The notes under the pieces were generated by a model that searched no databases, was not told where the DNA came from, and saw only the letters and a program-made list of their open reading frames with translations. Below are positions 62,868 through 64,000 of a stretch of DNA of 64,000 bases, piece by piece. Within the stretch, counting starts at the first letter, position 1; each line of letters begins with the position of its first letter. The stretch covers positions 31,104,957-31,168,956 of the forward strand of contig NC_057719.1 of NCBI RefSeq assembly GCF_004010195.1, given 5' to 3'. Made by a program: the position numbers and the translations under genes. This DNA is from Chiloscyllium plagiosum. Lineage: Eukaryota.

Positions 62868-63028
62868 GCTATTTCCAACTCTTTCTTGAAATCACACAAT
62901 GTTTTGGTCTTGACTGCTTTCTGTGGTAACAAATTCTGTGGTAACAGACTCATCACTCGCTGGGCGAAGAAATTTCTCTTTACCTCGGTCCGGAATGGTT
63001 TACCACATATACTTAGACTGTAACTCCT

Positions 63029-63305
63029 GGTTCACAGTGATTCAATGGTTAGTACTGCTGCTTCACAGCACCAGGGACCCAGGTTTAATTCCACTCTCAG
63101 GCGATGGTCTGTGTGGAGTTTGCACATTCTCCCCGTGGGTTTGCTCCAAGTGCTGTGGTTTCCTCCCACAGTCCAAAGATGAGCAGGTGAGATGGATTTG
63201 GCAATGGGAAATGCAGGGTACAGGGATGGAGTAGGTCTGGGTGGGAAGCTCTTCAGAGGGCAGAATGGGCAGAATGACCTGCTTCAACATTGTAGGGATT
63301 CTATG
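63029..63305 (+). mobile_element. HE1-type V-SINE
   Basis: tggttagtactgctgcttcacagcaccagggacccaggtttaattcc head, V core and gattctatg tail. Confidence 0.85.
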
Positions 63306-64000
63306 GGGTTCCAAACTCCCCTGTCATCAGGAGCATCCACCCTTTCCAGTCTGTTAGAATTTCATAGGTTTGTATGAGATCCTTCCTCATTCTTCTGAAC
63401 TTCAGCAAATATAATCCTAACCCATTTAACTTCTTTTGATTCTTCAGTCCTGCCATTCCAGGAATCAGTCTGGTAAACCTTTGCTGTGCTTACTTTATGA
63501 GCATGTAGTCTTTTCCAATAAGCATTAGAATAGGTTTTCACCCTTAGTATTAGGTCATTAAAAGTTTTTAAATTAGTTTGAATTTTTAGTTATGCTTGAA
63601 TTAAGTCTTTTTTTAAAAACAAAATATGGTAATTTAATGAAGCAGTTTTTTTTTAAACAATCAAGATACCAGTATGGCTACCACGGTCATAAGCTGAGTT
63701 TTTCTTAAAAAAAAATCACTCAGAATTTTTATGCCACTATTAAGGCTAGCATTTCTTCACTGAAAACATTTGGTACAGCTGAGTGTATATGCTGCCAATT
63801 CAAAAGCCTGAAAAGATTAACAATGTTGGTGTGACCAACGCTTCATTGTAACTTTTAATGAACTCAGATTCTGCAACTGCCACAATATGGTTCGCAGTTG
63901 TGTTCTCTGCATTAACTTTTGTCCTTTTGAATTCTAGTCCGGTTACATGATAGCTACTATAATGTGTGTTAATAAACACAAATATTGTTTCAGGCAGGAA

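Larger units (their letters stand above)
61755..63490 (-). mobile_element. CR1 3' fragment interrupted by a solo LTR and SINEs
   Basis: (catagaaa)n tail at 61757; the sequence resumes after 62867 and after 63305; similar to 28715-29155. Confidence 0.75.

Noticed and set aside
63930..64000. Possible next TOG3 exon near the window end
   Set aside because: The required phase-2 frame after ttctag hits TGA within four codons, and the expected SHLH...VR sequence is absent.

Overview
Vertebrate genomic DNA that is AT-rich and dense in repeats. The repeat content (HER1-type CR1 LINEs, HE1/V-SINEs, Deu-domain SINEs, Penelope-like elements) points to a cartilaginous fish, probably a shark; this is an inference. 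The window covers the middle of one + strand gene, TOGARAM1 (crescerin-1/FAM179B). I could splice 13 GT-AG exons (15967-61176, 2308 nt, about 770 codons) into one uninterrupted reading frame running from the inter-TOG linker into TOG3; the 5' and 3' exons lie outside the window. The introns hold many CR1 fragments, one 5'-complete CR1 spanning an assembly gap (36573-37291), and four solo LTRs. They also contain a decayed Gypsy pol, a decayed pogo/Tigger transposase, a MITE, a Rex1/Babar fragment, SINEs and Penelope-like elements. The most striking signal not shown in the ORF track is a dense set of minimal type I hammerhead ribozyme motifs (CUGANGA-stem II-GAAA-palindrome-NUH) with covarying stem II. 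These sit on short TSD-flanked insertions, on back-to-back inverted pairs, and on a 211-nt tandem unit that resembles a non-LTR retrozyme. Repeat boundaries are approximate unless a TSD or terminal motif is quoted. Comparisons to known proteins and repeat families are from memory, not from a search.
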